DNA from: Micrococcus luteus NCTC 2665
GTDB taxonomy: Bacteria; Actinomycetota; Actinomycetes; Actinomycetales; Micrococcaceae
DNA: 32,000 nt
Reading direction: 5' to 3'
Assembly: GCF_000023205.1 (NCBI RefSeq)
Contig: NC_012803.1
Span: 2,220,001 to 2,252,000, forward strand
Shown: positions 31,871-32,000 of the stretch, one piece after another
How the letters are laid out: every line of letters begins with the position of its first letter
Position numbering within the stretch: position 1 is the first letter of the stretch
Notes under the pieces: generated by a model
What the model was told of the DNA's origin: nothing
The model's input: only the letters and a program-made list of their open reading frames with translations
Databases searched by the model: none
Position numbers and translations under genes: made by a program

Positions 31871-32000
31871 ATGAACATGCTTCAGGCCATCCGCCGCTAC
31901 TACGCCGGCTACGCGCAGTTCAGCGGGCGCGCCTCCCGCGCCGACTTCTGGCTCGCGGCGCTCTACGTCTGGCTCCTGCAGGCCGTCGTTCACTTCGTGT
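31871..32000 (+). CDS. DUF805-family membrane protein, 5' part (runs off the window)
   Basis: MNMLQAIRRYYAGYAQFSGRASRADFWLAALYVWLLQAVV matches the DUF805 N-terminal F.GRA.R.EFW pattern. Confidence 0.65.
   Translation, partial: MNMLQAIRRYYAGYAQFSGRASRADFWLAALYVWLLQAVVHFV

Noticed and set aside
1-32000. Search for tRNA, rRNA, CRISPR arrays and defence-system genes
   Set aside because: I saw no T-loop-like GGTTCGAAT-type motifs, no regularly spaced repeats, and no restriction, Cas, Abi or nuclease-NTPase type proteins in any frame.

Overview
Very GC-rich, actinobacterial-type chromosomal segment; the gene content resembles Micrococcales or Corynebacteriales, but the taxon cannot be fixed from sequence alone. 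It is a mosaic of housekeeping operons and accessory or mobile DNA.

Left to right:
- The last ~77 bp of an IS256-family copy that runs off the window.
- An acyl-CoA thioesterase, then a membrane protein + HTH protein pair.
- The bioYMN ECF biotin transporter, preceded by a BioQ-type TGAAC-N3-GTTCA palindrome.
- An aldo/keto reductase gene split by a complete 1.4-kb IS256-family element with a 10-bp flanking direct repeat.
- An ISL3 transposase remnant.
- A metal and oxidative-stress block: arsR / acr3-arsC-flavoprotein, cmtR-cadD, and Mn catalase.
- A 4.6-kb unit bounded by 20-bp inverted repeats. It carries an Rrf2 regulator, an NmrA-like SDR, two tyrosine recombinases and a small DUF6262-like protein (Tn554 tnpABC-like). 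All five genes are joined by 4-bp stop/start overlaps.
- A tandem-GNAT protein, the lysG/lysE pair, and an orphan excisionase-type HTH protein.
- An S-box (SAM) riboswitch-led operon: metY, a metB-like gene, mesX (DUF1852), mesD (core MetE-like), then a small luciferase-family protein.
- A SAM-dependent methyltransferase, an MFS transporter, a VOC protein, a GNAT, several decayed gene fragments, and the 5' end of a DUF805 gene.

I saw no rRNA, tRNA or CRISPR array.

The two most interesting items are:
1. The regulator-coupled recombinase element with its three-copy end motif.
2. The riboswitch-controlled folate-independent methionine synthase module, whose methyl donor is unknown.

All calls come from reading the translations and the DNA by eye. 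No database search was run, so family names are recognition-based.
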